Counted from the stretch's first letter, positions 1-13,681 are shown. The stretch: DNA of 64,000 nt from Escherichia coli (GCF_016903815.1 NZ_CP069973.1), one strand, 5' to 3'. Numbers and translations are program-made. The notes: generated by a model not told the origin, from the sequence alone.

Positions 1-1
1 G

Positions 2-3000
2 TGCTCGGTGTGTCCGGGCAGGATGACTTCGGGCAACCCGGTAAATCCGCTGCTGGGGGCGAAGGTGCTGCCCGGCGAGACGGACCTTGCGCTGCCCGGC
101 CCGCTGCCGTTCATTCTCTCCCGCACCTACAGCAGCTACCGGACGAAGACGCCTGCGCCGGTGGGGATTTTTGGCCCCGGCTGGAAAGCGCCTTCTGATA
201 TCCGCTTACAGATACGCGATGATGCACTGGTACTCAACGACAACGGCGGACGGAGCATTCACTTTGAGCCGCTGCTGCCGGGGGGGGCGGTGTACAGCCG
301 CAGCGAGTCAATGTGGCTGGTTCGCGGTGGTAAGGCAGCGCAGCCGGACGGCCACACGCTGGCACGGCTGTGGGCGTCGCTGCCGCCGGATATCCGGTTA
401 AGCCCGCATCTTTACCTGGCGACCAACAGCGCACAGGGACCGTGGTGGATACTGGGGTGGTCAGAGCGGGTGCCGGGCACTGAGGACGTACTGCCAGCGC
501 CGCTGCCGCCGTACCGGGTGCTTACCGGGCTGGCGGACCGCTTCGGGCAGACGCTGACGTACCGGCGTGAGGCCGCCGGTGACCTGGCCGGGGAAATCAC
601 CGGCGTGACGGACGGTGCCGGGCGGGAGTTCCGTCTGGTGCTGACCACACAGGCGCAGCGTGCGGAAGAGGCCCGCACCTCTTCGCTATCTTCTTCTGAC
701 CGTTCCCGCCCTCTCTCAGCCTCAGCGTTCCCCGACACACTGCCCGGTACGGAATACGGCCCCGACAGGGGTATCCGCCTTTCGGCGGTGTGGCTGATGC
801 ACGACCCGGCATACCCGGAGAATCTGCCCGGTGCGCCACTGGTGCGGTACACGTATACGGAAGCCGGTGAACTGCTGGCGGTATATGACCGCAGCGGGAC
901 ACAGGTGCGCGCTTTCACGTATGACCCGCAGCACCCGGGCCGGATGGTGGGGCACCGTTATGCGGGAAGGCCGGAGATGCGCTACCGCTACGACGATGCG
1001 GGGCGGGTGGTGGAGCAGCTGAACCCGGCAGGCCTGAGTTACCGCTACCAGTATGAGCAGGACCGCATCACCGTCACCGACAGCCTGAACCGGCGAGAGG
1101 TGCTGCATACAGAAGGCGGGGCCGGGCTGAAGCGGGTGGTGAAAAAAGAACTGGCGGACGGCAGCGTCACGCACAGCGGGTATGACGCGGCAGGAAGGCT
1201 CACGGCGCAGACGGACGCGGCGGGACGGCGGACAGAGTACGGTCTGAATGTGGTGTCAGGCGACATCACGGACATCACCACGCCGGACGGGCGGGAGACG
1301 AAATTTTACTATAACGACGGGAACCGGCTGACGGCGGTGGTGTACCCGGACGGGCTGGAGAGCCGCCGGGCGTATGATGAGCGGGACAGGCTGGTATCGG
1401 AGACATCGCGCAGCGGGGAGACAGTACGCTACCGCTACGATGACGCGCACAGTGAGTTACCGGCGACGACAACGGATGCGACGGGCAGCACCCGGCAGAT
1501 GACGTGGAGCCGCTACGGGCAGTTGCTGGCGTTCACTGACTGCTCGGGCTACCAGACCCGTTATGAATACGACCGCTTCGGCCAGATGACGGCGGTTCAC
1601 CGCGAGGAAGGTATCAGCCGTTACCGCCGCTATGACAACCGTGGCCGGTTAACCTCGGTGAAAGACGCACAGGGCCGTGAAACGCGGTATGAATACAACG
1701 CCGCAGGCGACCTGACTGCCGTTATCACCCCGGACGGCAACCGGAGCGAGACACAGTACGATGCGTGGGGAAAGGCGGTCAGCACCACACAGGGCGGGCT
1801 GACGCGCAGTATGGAGTATGACGCGGCAGGACGTGTCATCAGCCTGACCAACGAGAACGGCAGTCACAGCGACTTCAGCTACGATGCGCTGGACCGGCTG
1901 GTACAGCAGCGCGGCTTTGACGGGCGGACGCAACGTTACCACTATGACCTGACCGGAAAACTCACGCAGAGTGAAGATGAGGGGCTTGTCACCCTCTGGC
2001 ACTACGACGAATCGGACCGTATCACTCACCGCACGGTGAACGGCGAACCGGCAGAACAGTGGCGGTATGATGGCCACGGCTGGCTGAGAGAAATCAGCCA
2101 CCTGAGCGAAGGCCACCGTGTTGCCGTCCACTATGGCTATGACGATAAGGGCCGTCTGACCGGGGAGCGCCAGACGGTGGAGAACCCGGAGACGGGGGAA
2201 CTGCTGTGGCAGCATGAGACGAAACAGGCATACAACGAACAGGGGCTGGCAAACCGCGTCACGCCGGACAGCCTGCCGCCGGTGGAGTGGCTGACCTACG
2301 GTAGCGGTTATCTGGCGGGCATGAAGCTGGGCGACACGCCGCTGCTGGAGTACGCGCGCGACCGCCTGCACAGAGAAACGGTGCGCAGCTTTGGCAGCAT
2401 GGCAGGCAGTAATGCCGCATACGAACTGACCAGCACATACACCCCTGCAGGCCAGTTACAGAGCCAGCACCTGAACAGCCTGGTGTATGACCGTGACTAC
2501 GGGTGGAATGACAACGGCGACCTTGTGCGCATCAGCGGCCCGCGACAGACGCGGGAATACGGCTACAGTGCCACGGGCAGGCTGGCGAGTGTACGCACCC
2601 TCGCACCGGACCTGGACATCCGCATCCCGTATGCCACGGACCCGGCGGGCAACCGGCTGCAGGACCCGGAGCTGCACCCGGACAGTACACTCACGGCGTG
2701 GCCGGATAACCGCATCGCGGAGGATGCGCACTATGTCTACCGCCACGATGAATACGGCAGGCTGACGGAGAAGACGGACCGCATCCCGGCGGGTGTGATA
2801 CGGACGGACGACGAGCGGACCCACCACTACCACTACGACAGCCAGCACCGCCTGGAGTTCTACACGCGGATACAGCATGGCGAGCCACTGGTCGAGAGCC
2901 GCTACCTCTACGACCCGCTGGGACGGCGAATGGCGAAACGGGTATGGCGGCGGGAGCGTGACCTGACGGGGTGGATGTCGCTGTCGCGTAAACCGGAGGT

Positions 3001-4024
3001 GACGTGGTACGGCTGGGACGGCGACCACCTGACGACGGTGCAGACCGACAGCACACGTATCCAGACGGTATACGAGCCGGGAAGCTTCACACCGCTCATC
3101 CGCATCGAAACAGACAACGGCGAGCGGGAGAAAACGCAGCGGCGGAGCCTGGCGGAGAAGCTCCAGCAGGAAGGGAGCGAGGACGGACACGGCGTGGTGT
3201 TCCCGGCTGAACTGGTACGGCTGCTGGACAGACTGGAGGGGGAAATCCGGGCAGACCGCGTGAGCAGTGAAAGCCGCCAGTGGCTGGCACAGTGCGGGCT
3301 GACGGTGGAGCGGCTGGCGACACAGATAGAGCCGGTTTATTTACCTGAGCGAAAAATTCATCTTTACCACTGTGACCACCGGGGGCTGCCGCTGGCGCTC
3401 ATCAGCGAAGACGGCAATACGGCGTGGAGCGGGGAGTATGATGAGTGGGGAAACCTGCTGAATGAGGAAAACCCGCATCACCTGCACCAGCCGTACCGTC
3501 TGCCAGGGCAGCAACACGATGAGGAGTCAGGGCTGTATTATAACCGGAACCGGTACTACAATCCGTTGCTGGGACGATATATTACTCAGGACCCGATTGG
3601 GCTGGCGGGGGGATGGAGTCTGTATGCGTATCCGCTGAATCCGGTGAATGGTATTGATCCATTAGGGTTAAGTCCTGCAGATGTAGCGTTAATGCGAAAA
3701 AAAGAACAACTAAACCATCAAAGAGCATGGGATATATTATCTGATACTTATGATGATATGAAGAGATTAAATTTAGGTGGGACTGATCAATTTTTCCATT
3801 GTATGGCATTTTGTCGAGTGTCTAAATTAAATGACGCTGGTGTTAGCCGATCAGCGAAAGGGCTGGGTTATGAAAAAGAGATTAGAGATTACGGGTTAAA
3901 TATGTTCGGTATGTACGGCAGAAAAGTAAAGTTATCCCATTCTGAGATGATTGAAGATAATAAAAAAGACTTGGCTGTAAATGAACATGGGTTGACATGT
4001 CCATTTACACAAGATTGCTGGTAA
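2..4024 (+). CDS. rhsD: Rhs family YD-repeat protein (classical RhsA-D type), 5' end outside window; core ends at the DPIGL motif (~3600) and is followed by a lower-GC C-terminal toxin tip that is truncated by IS1
   Basis: 1338-aa continuous ORF with many YD-repeat motifs (RYRYD, YEYD, YDxxGR) and the PxxxxDPxGL core boundary '[18 protein letters not shown]'; symbol is from its position upstream of mnmH as in K-12, not from the tip sequence. Confidence 0.85.
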   Translation, partial: CSVCPGRMTSGNPVNPLLGAKVLPGETDLALPGPLPFILSRTYSSYRTKTPAPVGIFGPGWKAPSDIRLQIRDDALVLNDNGGRSIHFEPLLPGGAVYSRSESMWLVRGGKAAQPDGHTLARLWASLPPDIRLSPHLYLATNSAQGPWWILGWSERVPGTEDVLPAPLPPYRVLTGLADRFGQTLTYRREAAGDLAGEITGVTDGAGREFRLVLTTQAQRAEEARTSSLSSSDRSRPLSASAFPDTLPGTEYGPDRGIRLSAVWLMHDPAYPENLPGAPLVRYTYTEAGELLAVYDRSGTQVRAFTYDPQHPGRMVGHRYAGRPEMRYRYDDAGRVVEQLNPAGLSYRYQYEQDRITVTDSLNRREVLHTEGGAGLKRVVKKELADGSVTHSGYDAAGRLTAQTDAAGRRTEYGLNVVSGDITDITTPDGRETKFYYNDGNRLTAVVYPDGLESRRAYDERDRLVSETSRSGETVRYRYDDAHSELPATTTDATGSTRQMTWSRYGQLLAFTDCSGYQTRYEYDRFGQMTAVHREEGISRYRRYDNRGRLTSVKDAQGRETRYEYNAAGDLTAVITPDGNRSETQYDAWGKAVSTTQGGLTRSMEYDAAGRVISLTNENGSHSDFSYDALDRLVQQRGFDGRTQRYHYDLTGKLTQSEDEGLVTLWHYDESDRITHRTVNGEPAEQWRYDGHGWLREISHLSEGHRVAVHYGYDDKGRLTGERQTVENPETGELLWQHETKQAYNEQGLANRVTPDSLPPVEWLTYGSGYLAGMKLGDTPLLEYARDRLHRETVRSFGSMAGSNAAYELTSTYTPAGQLQSQHLNSLVYDRDYGWNDNGDLVRISGPRQTREYGYSATGRLASVRTLAPDLDIRIPYATDPAGNRLQDPELHPDSTLTAWPDNRIAEDAHYVYRHDEYGRLTEKTDRIPAGVIRTDDERTHHYHYDSQHRLEFYTRIQHGEPLVESRYLYDPLGRRMAKRVWRRERDLTGWMSLSRKPEVTWYGWDGDHLTTVQTDSTRIQTVYEPGSFTPLIRIETDNGEREKTQRRSLAEKLQQEGSEDGHGVVFPAELVRLLDRLEGEIRADRVSSESRQWLAQCGLTVERLATQIEPVYLPERKIHLYHCDHRGLPLALISEDGNTAWSGEYDEWGNLLNEENPHHLHQPYRLPGQQHDEESGLYYNRNRYYNPLLGRYITQDPIGLAGGWSLYAYPLNPVNGIDPLGLSPADVALMRKKEQLNHQRAWDILSDTYDDMKRLNLGGTDQFFHCMAFCRVSKLNDAGVSRSAKGLGYEKEIRDYGLNMFGMYGRKVKLSHSEMIEDNKKDLAVNEHGLTCPFTQDCW

Positions 4025-4074
4025 TGCTGCCAACTTACTGATTTAGTGTATGATGGTGATTTTAAGGTGCTTGC

Positions 4075-4350
4075 GTGGCTTCCATTTCCATCAGATGTCC
4101 TTCCTGCTCCGCTACTGAAGGCGTGGTGCGTAACGGCAAAAGCACTGCCGGACATCAGCGCTATCTCTGCTCTCATTGCCGTAAAACATGGCAACTACAG
4201 TTCACTTACACCGCCTCTCAGCCCGGTACGCACCAGAAAATCATTGATATGGCCATGAATGGCGTCGGATGTCGCGCCAGTGCACGCATTATGGGCGTTG
4301 GCCTCAACACGGTTTTACGTCACTTAAAAAACTCAGGCCGCAGTCGGTAA
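4075..4350 (+). CDS. insA: IS1 InsA protein
   Basis: 91-aa ORF '[37 protein letters not shown]...' matches remembered IS1 InsA. Confidence 0.9.
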   Translation: MASISIRCPSCSATEGVVRNGKSTAGHQRYLCSHCRKTWQLQFTYTASQPGTHQKIIDMAMNGVGCRASARIMGVGLNTVLRHLKNSGRSR

Positions 4351-4772
4351 CCTCGCGCATACAACCGGGCAGTGATGTGATTGTCTGCGCTGAAATGGAC
4401 GAACAGTGGGGCTACGTCGGTGCTAAATCACGTCAGCGCTGGCTGTTTTACGCGTATGACAGGATACGGAGGACGGTTGTGGCGCACGTCTTCGGTGAAC
4501 GCACTCTGGCCACACTGGAGCGTCTTCTGAGCCTGCTGTCGGCCTTTGAGGTCGTGGTATGGATGACGGATGGCTGGCCGCTGTATGAATCACGCCTGAA
4601 GGGAAAGCTGCACGTTATCAGCAAGCGTTACACTCAGCGCATTGAGCGACATAATCTGAATCTGAGACAACATCTGGCAAGGCTGGGACGGAAGTCACTG
4701 TCGTTCTCAAAATCGGTGGAGCTGCATGACAAGGTCATCGGGCATTATCTGAACATAAAACACTATCAGTAA
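4269..4772 (+). CDS. insB: IS1 InsB (transposase reading frame, normally expressed as InsAB' by -1 frameshift)
   Basis: 167-aa ORF overlapping insA in a different frame, ending '...[12 protein letters not shown]'. Confidence 0.85.
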   Translation: MSRQCTHYGRWPQHGFTSLKKLRPQSVTSRIQPGSDVIVCAEMDEQWGYVGAKSRQRWLFYAYDRIRRTVVAHVFGERTLATLERLLSLLSAFEVVVWMTDGWPLYESRLKGKLHVISKRYTQRIERHNLNLRQHLARLGRKSLSFSKSVELHDKVIGHYLNIKHYQ

Positions 4773-4855
4773 GTTGGAGTCATTACCAGATTGCTCAAAT
4801 AGATGTATTGATTATATTAATCCAGAGCATAAAAAAACGATAAAGGCTTTACAAG

Positions 4856-5347
4856 ATGCTGGCTATCTCAAGTAACATCTCAAAGATGGTAATATTTATT
4901 TTTGCTATTATAATCGTTGTTTTTTTATGCGTGACTACTTATCTTTATTTACACAAAGATGAATCTCTTGTAAGTAAGCATTACATAAACTATATGGCAA
5001 TACCAGAAAGTGATGGGGTTTTTACATGGCTCCCAGATTTTTTTCCGCATGTAGCGGTGGATATATCAATATCCACAAATGTAGAAGATGATTATTTTTT
5101 TTCTTATTTTTCCCTAACAATCGATGATGGGGGGAGGTTTAAGAAAACATTGACGGTGAGGGCCAGGGAACAAGTGGCGAAAATCGTATCAGAGAATGAT
5201 CCAGATACAAAAAAAGTGTGGTGTAAATATGGTAAAATACCAGGGCAAGGGGATAGCGTAAACCTTTTTTTTGTTGGTGAAATTAATGTTACGCATTATT
5301 TTATAACAAATATTGGAGCTGGATTGCCTGATGCTTGTGCAGAGTAA
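4856..5347 (+). CDS. Hypothetical protein with N-terminal hydrophobic helix; putative immunity protein for the upstream Rhs toxin tip (alternative start at 4886)
   Basis: ORF directly downstream of the Rhs toxin tip, low GC; its start overlaps the reconstructed pre-IS1 end of the Rhs ORF (stop at 4873-4875); function inferred from position only. Confidence 0.45.
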   Translation: MLAISSNISKMVIFIFAIIIVVFLCVTTYLYLHKDESLVSKHYINYMAIPESDGVFTWLPDFFPHVAVDISISTNVEDDYFFSYFSLTIDDGGRFKKTLTVRAREQVAKIVSENDPDTKKVWCKYGKIPGQGDSVNLFFVGEINVTHYFITNIGAGLPDACAE

Positions 5348-5631
5348 TTGCTTGAATTAAGAGTCTATCCCATATCGAAGTCGTCAACTTCGTAGTGAGG
5401 AAAAGTAAAATCCCTGACTGAGAAAAGACATGTCGGCTATTGTGTAAAGCCATATAGCTCAGACGATGAATATCTACTCGTATTCAGTTGTTTATTGAGG
5501 GTGAGTTCCGACCCTGAAACAACAAATAAAATGAATAGTCAGAGAGTTTACATAGAATTGCACTAGTCTTTTACGATATCTGACATTGTGTAATACATAT
5601 TCAGCCATGCATTAATTAAAATGTTTCGTGT

Positions 5632-6269
5632 TTAATGTGAGTCCCTATCTGAAAATAAATAATCCTTCCGGATTAAAATAAATTCTCGCCGGGAAAGAAA
5701 GAGGAAATAAACCATTAGCGGAAAACCAGCGGCACGCCAGGGTGACATGCCCCAGTACGGCGGCCCGATAGTCCAGGGTTCAGCGGGGGTACTGATAGTC
5801 GCGCCGACTGCATCGAGAACTCCATACAACTTTTTACGGAACGTCACCTGATAAAATTTGTTCAGTATCGTCTTTTGAGATTCTCAAGGTTATGGAGTAA
5901 CCAGACAGAACGGACACCACTGTCGGAGATAAAAACCCCCTGTTTACGCAGCTCGTTGCTGGCCCGGTGCTGACCATGTGTCGGGAAAGCGACGGTGTAA
6001 TCAACAACAGCCTGTTCAGTTGCCTCATCGGTACGGTTCTTAAGGTTAGGAGCGCGGCGACTACGATTAATCTGCACATCCACACCGCCTTCAGCGGCCA
6101 GTTCGCGGTAACGATAAAACGTTTCACGCGAAACGCCCATGATTTTACAGGCTTTTGATACGTTGCTGAGTTCTTCAGCCAGATTGAGCAAACCGGCTTT
6201 GTGTTTGATGACGGGATTGGCAGTATGAAGCATGAGAGTTACCTCTTGTTTTGGATAAGGATTCGACAC
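5632..6269 (-). pseudogene. Truncated transposase remnant (N-terminal helix-turn-helix region followed by frame-disrupted fragment); family uncertain, possibly IS481-like
   Basis: 135-aa ORF (5862..6269) with HTH-like 'SKACKIMGVSRETFYRYRELAAEGG', then a 71-aa ORF in another frame (5632..5847); no full-length transposase or inverted repeats found. Confidence 0.45.
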
Positions 6270-6348
6270 TCATATCAAAACCGGTAACTCTCAACCTTTC
6301 AAGGCCATGTGTCAGATCAAGTCGCGACTAATACAAATACGTCCCTCA

Positions 6349-7458
<1,110 letters not shown>

Positions 7459-7511
7459 TCAAATCAGCTTGCGCGCTATTTTACGCGCCAACGCGCAAGG
7501 AAACTTGATTT

Positions 7512-8438
7512 TTAACTGCGTGGGTTGCCGAAAATTTCTAAAAATCCGCTGATTTCCGGCCTGCGCTGGGTAAACAAGGTCACAATATCTTCTACCGCTT
7601 TGCCGCTACCAAATTTGCGCCATGCCAGACTCAATGGTGAAGGAGGGCGCATCGTTGGGATTACCCGGCTGACCAGTTGTTGATTATCGATCATTGACTG
7701 GCAAAGTGATTTTGGCAAAAAACCAATGCCAACGCCCGCCAGATGGGCGGCGATTTTCGTTTCCATATCGGGAACAATAATCTCTTTTTGCCCCGGCAAT
7801 CGCCAGGCGACGCGTTTGGTTAGTGTGCGGGCGCTGTCTTCAATATTGACCGCCGGAAAGCGCCGCAACTGTGCTTCTGTTAGCGGCTCTTCAACGTTCG
7901 CCAGCGGATGATCCGCCGCCATGACAAAGCGCCATTGCACCGATCCTAAGGGATCAAGACTAAAGGTATTTGCCAGCGCCTCGGTTCCCGTGACGCCGAT
8001 AGCCAGTGAAAAACCTTCGTACAATAGCGAGTCCCAGACGCCCATATAGATTTGTCGGGAGATGTGAAACTGGGTAAACGGGTAACGTTCATTCAGCCAC
8101 GCCAGCAGCTGGGCGACGGCCTGGGGGTTGTAGAGCAGGTTGTTGATGACAATATTCACCTGGCGTTCCACGCCATCATTCACCTGTTGCAGCTCGCTGG
8201 GCATACTTTCCAGCCAGCTCAGCCAGTCTCTGGCCTGAGAAAGTAGATGCTCGCCAGCCGCTGTCAACGTCACGCTGCGAGTCGTGCGGAAAAACAGCGC
8301 CACTCCGGTATTCTCTTCCAGAAGTTTAATGCGATAACTGATCGTCGCCGTGGTTTTACACAATCGTTCTGCCGCTTTTGAAAAACTTCCTGTTTCAGCA
8401 ACCGCAATGAAAGTCCGCAAGGTTTCTGGATCGAACAT
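7512..8438 (-). CDS. allS: LysR-family transcriptional activator of the allantoin regulon
   Basis: 308-aa ORF with N-terminal LysR HTH; divergent from allA as in K-12. Confidence 0.85.
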
Positions 8439-8667
8439 CTTCAGGTATCCCCTTTTAAATCCGCAAGTTGCGTGATTTTCTTATCCTCTGATTTATCAGT
8501 ATTTTTACATGATAACCCTGTTCAATTTGTGGACTAAATCTAGTTTTGGAAAAATATTCCAACTTTTGTGTTGATGTTGTTCTCTTAAGGTTTTAGATTG
8601 CCTGTTATTGAAACCAAGCTGACCGGTCGGCGGTGGTTGAACGGAATTATGTTACAAGGACAAAAAG
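8439..8667. promoter_or_regulatory. allS-allA divergent intergenic region (expected to hold divergent promoters and AllR operator)
   Basis: AT-rich intergenic region between divergent genes; operator position from established knowledge of the regulon, not located in sequence. Confidence 0.4.
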
Positions 8668-9150
8668 ATGAAACTTCAGGTATTACCGTTAAGTCAGGAA
8701 GCCTTTAGTGCTTATGGCGACGTAATCGAAACGCAGCAACGGGATTTTTTCCATATTAACAATGGCCTGGTGGAGCGTTACCACGATTTGGCGCTGGTTG
8801 AGATTCTTGAGCAAGACCGTACGCTTATCAGCATTAACCGCGCGCAACCGGCGAATCTGCCGCTGACCATTCACGAACTCGAACGTCATCCGCTGGGTAC
8901 TCAGGCCTTTATCCCGATGAAAGGTGAAGTGTTTGTGGTGGTCGTGGCGTTAGGTGACGACAAACCAGACCTGTCAACGCTGCGGGCGTTTATCACCAAC
9001 GGTGAACAGGGGGTGAATTACCATCGTAACGTCTGGCATCACCCACTTTTCGCCTGGCAGCGCGTCACCGATTTTCTGACCATCGATCGCGGCGGCAGTG
9101 ACAACTGTGATGTTGAAAGTATTCCTGAACAGGAACTCTGTTTTGCGTGA
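8668..9150 (+). CDS. allA: Ureidoglycolate lyase
   Basis: 160-aa ORF, length and sequence match AllA; synteny. Confidence 0.85.
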
Positions 9151-9227
9151 CGCCTGCAACCGACTTGCATAAGATAAACTAATTGTTCATTGTTTATGCT
9201 CACTTGTAGGTCGGAGTTAACGTAGGT

Positions 9228-10043
9228 ATGACGGAAGTTAGACGGCGCGGCAGGCCAGGACAGGCGGAGCCTGTGGCACAGAAGGGCGCACAGGCGTTAG
9301 AGCGGGGAATTGCGATTCTGCAATATCTGGAAAAAAGTGGGGGAAGTTCGTCGGTTAGCGATATTTCTCTCAATCTGGATTTGCCGCTCTCCACGACCTT
9401 TCGCTTGCTGAAGGTTTTACAGGCAGCGGATTTTGTCTATCAGGACAGTCAGTTAGGCTGGTGGCATATAGGATTAGGTGTCTTTAACGTCGGTGCGGCG
9501 TACATCCATAACCGCGATGTCCTCTCCGTAGCCGGGCCGTTTATGCGCCGCCTGATGTTACTTTCCGGCGAAACGGTCAATGTCGCGATCCGTAACGGCA
9601 ATGAAGCGGTATTAATTGGTCAGTTAGAGTGTAAATCGATGGTCAGGATGTGTGCGCCGCTGGGCAGTCGTCTGCCGCTGCATGCTTCCGGAGCGGGCAA
9701 GGCGCTGCTTTATCCGCTGGCGGAAGAAGAGTTGATGAGCATCATTCTGCAAACCGGTTTGCAGCAGTTTACGCCAACGACGCTTGTGGATATGCCCACC
9801 TTGCTGAAGGACCTGGAACAAGCGCGTGAACTGGGCTATACCGTAGATAAAGAAGAGCATGTTGTCGGCCTGAATTGTATAGCTTCAGCAATTTACGATG
9901 ATGTCGGTAGTGTTGTTGCCGCTATCTCCATCTCCGGGCCTTCATCAAGACTGACAGAAGATCGTTTTGTCAGTCAGGGTGAGCTGGTCAGAGACACCGC
10001 CCGCGATATCAGCACGGCGTTGGGACTGAAAGCACATCCATAG
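9228..10043 (+). CDS. allR: IclR-family repressor of the allantoin regulon
   Basis: 271-aa ORF with IclR-type HTH and effector domain; synteny. Confidence 0.85.
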
Positions 10044-10055
10044 TGTCTGTCGCAT

Positions 10056-10080
10056 CCCGCTCTGCGGAGCGGGTTTTTTT
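10056..10080 (+). terminator. Rho-independent terminator after allR
   Basis: 7-bp stem 'cccgctc'/'gagcggg' with 4-nt loop, followed by a T7 tract (10074-10080). Confidence 0.7.
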
Positions 10081-10132
10081 GACAAAATTTGAAAGTTGGA
10101 AAATTTTTCCAATTAATAGAGGTAGGAATAAA

Positions 10133-11914
10133 ATGGCAAAAATGAGAGCCGTTGACGCGGCAATGTATGTGCTGGAGAAAGAAGGTATCACCACCGCCTT
10201 CGGCGTTCCGGGAGCTGCAATCAATCCGTTCTACTCAGCGATGCGTAAGCACGGTGGTATTCGTCACATTCTGGCGCGTCATGTGGAAGGTGCTTCGCAC
10301 ATGGCGGAAGGTTATACCCGCGCAACGGCAGGGAATATCGGCGTATGTCTGGGGACTTCCGGTCCTGCGGGCACGGACATGATCACCGCGCTCTATTCTG
10401 CTTCTGCTGATTCCATTCCTATTCTGTGTATTACCGGCCAGGCTCCGCGCGCCCGTCTGCATAAAGAAGATTTTCAGGCCGTAGATATTGAAGCAATTGC
10501 TAAACCGGTCAGCAAAATGGCGGTTACAGTTCGTGAAGCGGCGCTGGTGCCTCGCGTGCTGCAACAGGCATTTCACCTGATGCGTTCTGGTCGTCCGGGT
10601 CCGGTACTGGTGGATTTACCGTTCGACGTTCAGGTTGCGGAAATCGAGTTTGATCCTGACATGTACGAACCGCTGCCGGTCTACAAACCTGCTGCCAGCC
10701 GTATGCAGATCGAAAAAGCGGTAGAAATGTTAATTCAGGCCGAACGTCCGGTGATTGTTGCCGGGGGCGGGGTAATCAATGCTGACGCAGCTGCACTGTT
10801 ACAACAGTTTGCTGAACTGACCAGCGTTCCGGTGATCCCAACGCTGATGGGCTGGGGCTGTATCCCGGACGATCATGAACTGATGGCCGGGATGGTGGGT
10901 CTGCAAACCGCGCATCGTTACGGTAACGCAACGTTACTGGCGTCCGACATGGTGTTTGGTATCGGTAACCGTTTTGCGAACCGTCATACCGGTTCGGTAG
11001 AGAAATACACCGAAGGGCGCAAAATCGTTCATATCGATATTGAGCCGACGCAAATTGGCCGCGTGCTGTGTCCGGATCTGGGCATTGTCTCTGATGCTAA
11101 AGCGGCGCTGACGCTGCTGGTTGAAGTGGCGCAGGAGATGCAAAAAGCGGGTCGTCTGCCGTGTCGTAAAGAATGGGTCGCCGACTGCCAGCAGCGCAAA
11201 CGCACTTTGCTGCGCAAAACCCACTTCGACAATGTGCCGGTGAAACCGCAGCGCGTGTATGAAGAGATGAACAAAGCCTTTGGTCGCGATGTTTGTTATG
11301 TCACCACCATTGGCCTGTCACAAATCGCTGCGGCACAAATGCTACATGTCTTTAAAGACCGCCACTGGATCAACTGTGGGCAGGCAGGCCCGTTGGGCTG
11401 GACCATTCCGGCGGCGCTGGGCGTGTGTGCCGCTGATCCAGAGCGCAATGTGGTGGCGATTTCCGGTGACTTCGACTTCCAGTTCCTGATTGAAGAATTA
11501 GCCGTTGGCGCACAGTTCAACATTCCGTACATCCATGTACTGGTCAATAACGCCTATCTGGGTCTGATTCGCCAGTCGCAGCGCGCGTTTGATATGGATT
11601 ACTGCGTACAGCTCGCGTTCGAAAATATTAACTCCAGTGAAGTGAACGGTTACGGCGTCGACCACGTAAAAGTAGCGGAAGGTTTAGGTTGTAAAGCGAT
11701 TCGGGTCTTCAAACCGGAAGATATTGCACCAGCCTTTGAACAGGCGAAAGCCTTAATGGCGCAATATCGGGTACCGGTAGTCGTGGAAGTTATTCTCGAG
11801 CGTGTGACCAATATTTCGATGGGCAGCGAACTGGATAACGTCATGGAATTTGAAGATATCGCCGATAACGCAGTGGACGCACCGACTGAAACCTGCTTCA
11901 TGCACTATGAATAA
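10133..11914 (+). CDS. gcl: Glyoxylate carboligase (ThDP-dependent)
   Basis: 593-aa product from ATG at 10133 ('[13 protein letters not shown]...'), with ThDP-enzyme motif region; the ORF-track start at 10043 overlaps the allR terminator and is rejected. Confidence 0.9.
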   Translation: MAKMRAVDAAMYVLEKEGITTAFGVPGAAINPFYSAMRKHGGIRHILARHVEGASHMAEGYTRATAGNIGVCLGTSGPAGTDMITALYSASADSIPILCITGQAPRARLHKEDFQAVDIEAIAKPVSKMAVTVREAALVPRVLQQAFHLMRSGRPGPVLVDLPFDVQVAEIEFDPDMYEPLPVYKPAASRMQIEKAVEMLIQAERPVIVAGGGVINADAAALLQQFAELTSVPVIPTLMGWGCIPDDHELMAGMVGLQTAHRYGNATLLASDMVFGIGNRFANRHTGSVEKYTEGRKIVHIDIEPTQIGRVLCPDLGIVSDAKAALTLLVEVAQEMQKAGRLPCRKEWVADCQQRKRTLLRKTHFDNVPVKPQRVYEEMNKAFGRDVCYVTTIGLSQIAAAQMLHVFKDRHWINCGQAGPLGWTIPAALGVCAADPERNVVAISGDFDFQFLIEELAVGAQFNIPYIHVLVNNAYLGLIRQSQRAFDMDYCVQLAFENINSSEVNGYGVDHVKVAEGLGCKAIRVFKPEDIAPAFEQAKALMAQYRVPVVVEVILERVTNISMGSELDNVMEFEDIADNAVDAPTETCFMHYE

Positions 11915-11926
11915 GGGAGATAAATA

Positions 11927-12703
11927 ATGTTACGTTTCTCTGCTAATTTATCGATGTTATTTGGTGAATATGATTTTCTCGCCCGTTTTGAGAAAGCTGC
12001 GCAGTGTGGTTTTCGCGGCGTTGAATTTATGTTTCCTTATGACTACGACATTGAAGAATTAAAACAGGTGCTGGCGAGTAATAAACTCGAACATACGCTG
12101 CACAATCTACCGGCGGGTGACTGGGCGGCGGGCGAGCGCGGTATTGCCTGTATTCCTGGCCGTGAAGAAGAGTTTCGGGATGGCGTAGCAGCAGCGATTC
12201 GTTATGCTCGTGCGCTGGGTAATAAAAAAATTAACTGTCTGGTCGGTAAAACGCCGGCTGGTTTCAGCAGTGAACAGATTCACGCAACGCTTGTAGAAAA
12301 CCTGCGTTATGCCGCGAATATGCTGATGAAAGAAGATATTTTATTACTGATTGAACCTATCAACCATTTTGATATTCCTGGTTTCCATCTCACCGGAACT
12401 CGGCAGGCGCTGAAATTGATTGATGATGTTGGTTGCTGCAATTTGAAAATTCAGTATGACATTTATCATATGCAGCGGATGGAAGGTGAATTAACCAACA
12501 CTATGACTCAATGGGCCGATAAAATTGGTCACCTGCAAATTGCCGATAATCCGCATCGCGGCGAACCGGGAACCGGAGAAATTAATTACGAATATCTCTT
12601 TACGGTAATTGAAAATTCTGACTACAACGGTTGGGTTGGGTGTGAATATAAACCCCAAACCACCACGGAAGCCGGTTTACGCTGGATGGATCCGTACCGT
12701 TAA
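11927..12703 (+). CDS. hyi: Hydroxypyruvate isomerase
   Basis: 258-aa ORF; synteny gcl-hyi-glxR. Confidence 0.85.
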   Translation: MLRFSANLSMLFGEYDFLARFEKAAQCGFRGVEFMFPYDYDIEELKQVLASNKLEHTLHNLPAGDWAAGERGIACIPGREEEFRDGVAAAIRYARALGNKKINCLVGKTPAGFSSEQIHATLVENLRYAANMLMKEDILLLIEPINHFDIPGFHLTGTRQALKLIDDVGCCNLKIQYDIYHMQRMEGELTNTMTQWADKIGHLQIADNPHRGEPGTGEINYEYLFTVIENSDYNGWVGCEYKPQTTTEAGLRWMDPYR

Positions 12704-12802
12704 AACGTAACGCTATTCAGACAATGCTTTTTTAGGCCGCTAAGTTGGCAGGGGATCGTGTTGTCTGAATTCAGGAAAAGCGAAATTTAAAAGAGGTTAA
12801 TT

Positions 12803-13681
12803 ATGAAACTGGGATTTATTGGCTTAGGCATTATGGGTACACCGATGGCCATTAATCTGGCGCGTGCCGGTCATCAACTGCATGTCACAACCATTGGTCC
12901 GGTTGCTGATGAATTACTGTCACTGGGTGCCGTTAGTGTTGAAACTGCGCGTTTGGTAACGGAAGCATCGGACATCATTTTTATTATGGTGCCGGATACG
13001 CCACAGGTTGAAGAAGTTCTGTTTGGTGAAAATGGTTGTACCAAAGCCTCGCTGAAGGGCAAAACCATTGTTGATACGAGCTCCATTTCCCCGATTGAAA
13101 CTAAGCGTTTCGCTCGTCAGGTGAATGAACTGGGCGGCGATTATCTCGATGCGCCAGTCTCCGGCGGTGAAATCGGCGCGCGTGAAGGGACGTTGTCGAT
13201 TATGGTTGGCGGTGACGAAGCGGTATTTGAACGTGTTAAACCGCTGTTTGAACTGCTCGGTAAAAATATCACCCTCGTGGGCGGTAACGGTGACGGTCAA
13301 ACCTGCAAAGTGGCAAATCAGATTATCGTGGCGCTCAATATTGAAGCGGTTTCTGAAGCCCTGCTGTTTGCTTCAAAAGCCGGTGCAGATCCGGTACGTG
13401 TGCGCCAGGCGCTGATGGGCGGCTTTGCTTCCTCACGTATTCTGGAAGTTCACGGTGAGCGCATGATTAAACGCACCTTTAATCCAGGTTTTAAAATTGC
13501 GCTGCACCAGAAAGATCTCAACCTGGCACTGCAAAGTGCGAAAGCACTGGCGCTGAACCTGCCAAACACCGCGACCTGCCAGGAATTGTTTAATACCTGT
13601 GCGGCAAACGGTGGCAGCCAGTTGGATCACTCTGCGTTAGTGCAGGCGCTGGAATTAATGGCTAACCATAAACTGGCCTGA
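12803..13681 (+). CDS. glxR: Tartronate semialdehyde reductase (NAD-binding Rossmann N-terminus)
   Basis: 292-aa ORF starting 'MKLGFIGLGIMG'; synteny. Confidence 0.85.
   Translation: MKLGFIGLGIMGTPMAINLARAGHQLHVTTIGPVADELLSLGAVSVETARLVTEASDIIFIMVPDTPQVEEVLFGENGCTKASLKGKTIVDTSSISPIETKRFARQVNELGGDYLDAPVSGGEIGAREGTLSIMVGGDEAVFERVKPLFELLGKNITLVGGNGDGQTCKVANQIIVALNIEAVSEALLFASKAGADPVRVRQALMGGFASSRILEVHGERMIKRTFNPGFKIALHQKDLNLALQSAKALALNLPNTATCQELFNTCAANGGSQLDHSALVQALELMANHKLA

Larger units (their letters stand above)
4020..4787 (+). mobile_element. IS1 insertion sequence (768 bp) with terminal inverted repeats, flanked by 8-bp direct repeat 'agattgct' (4012-4019 and 4788-4795)
   Basis: Ends 'ggtaatgctgccaacttactgat' and 'atcagtaagttggagtcattacc' match remembered IS1 termini; contains insA and insB; flanking direct repeat read directly. 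Confidence 0.9.

Noticed and set aside
87-3323. Numerous 60-240-aa ORFs on both strands overlapping the first Rhs gene (for example 412..918 -, 1649..2371 -, 2456..3190 -)
   Set aside because: They lie wholly inside a long, high-GC, motif-rich Rhs ORF; high GC makes stop-free antisense frames common, and none shows protein-like composition.
10043-10132. Longer gcl start given by the ORF track (623 aa)
   Set aside because: The extension covers the allR terminator hairpin and T-tract; the ATG at 10133 gives the canonical 593-aa product.
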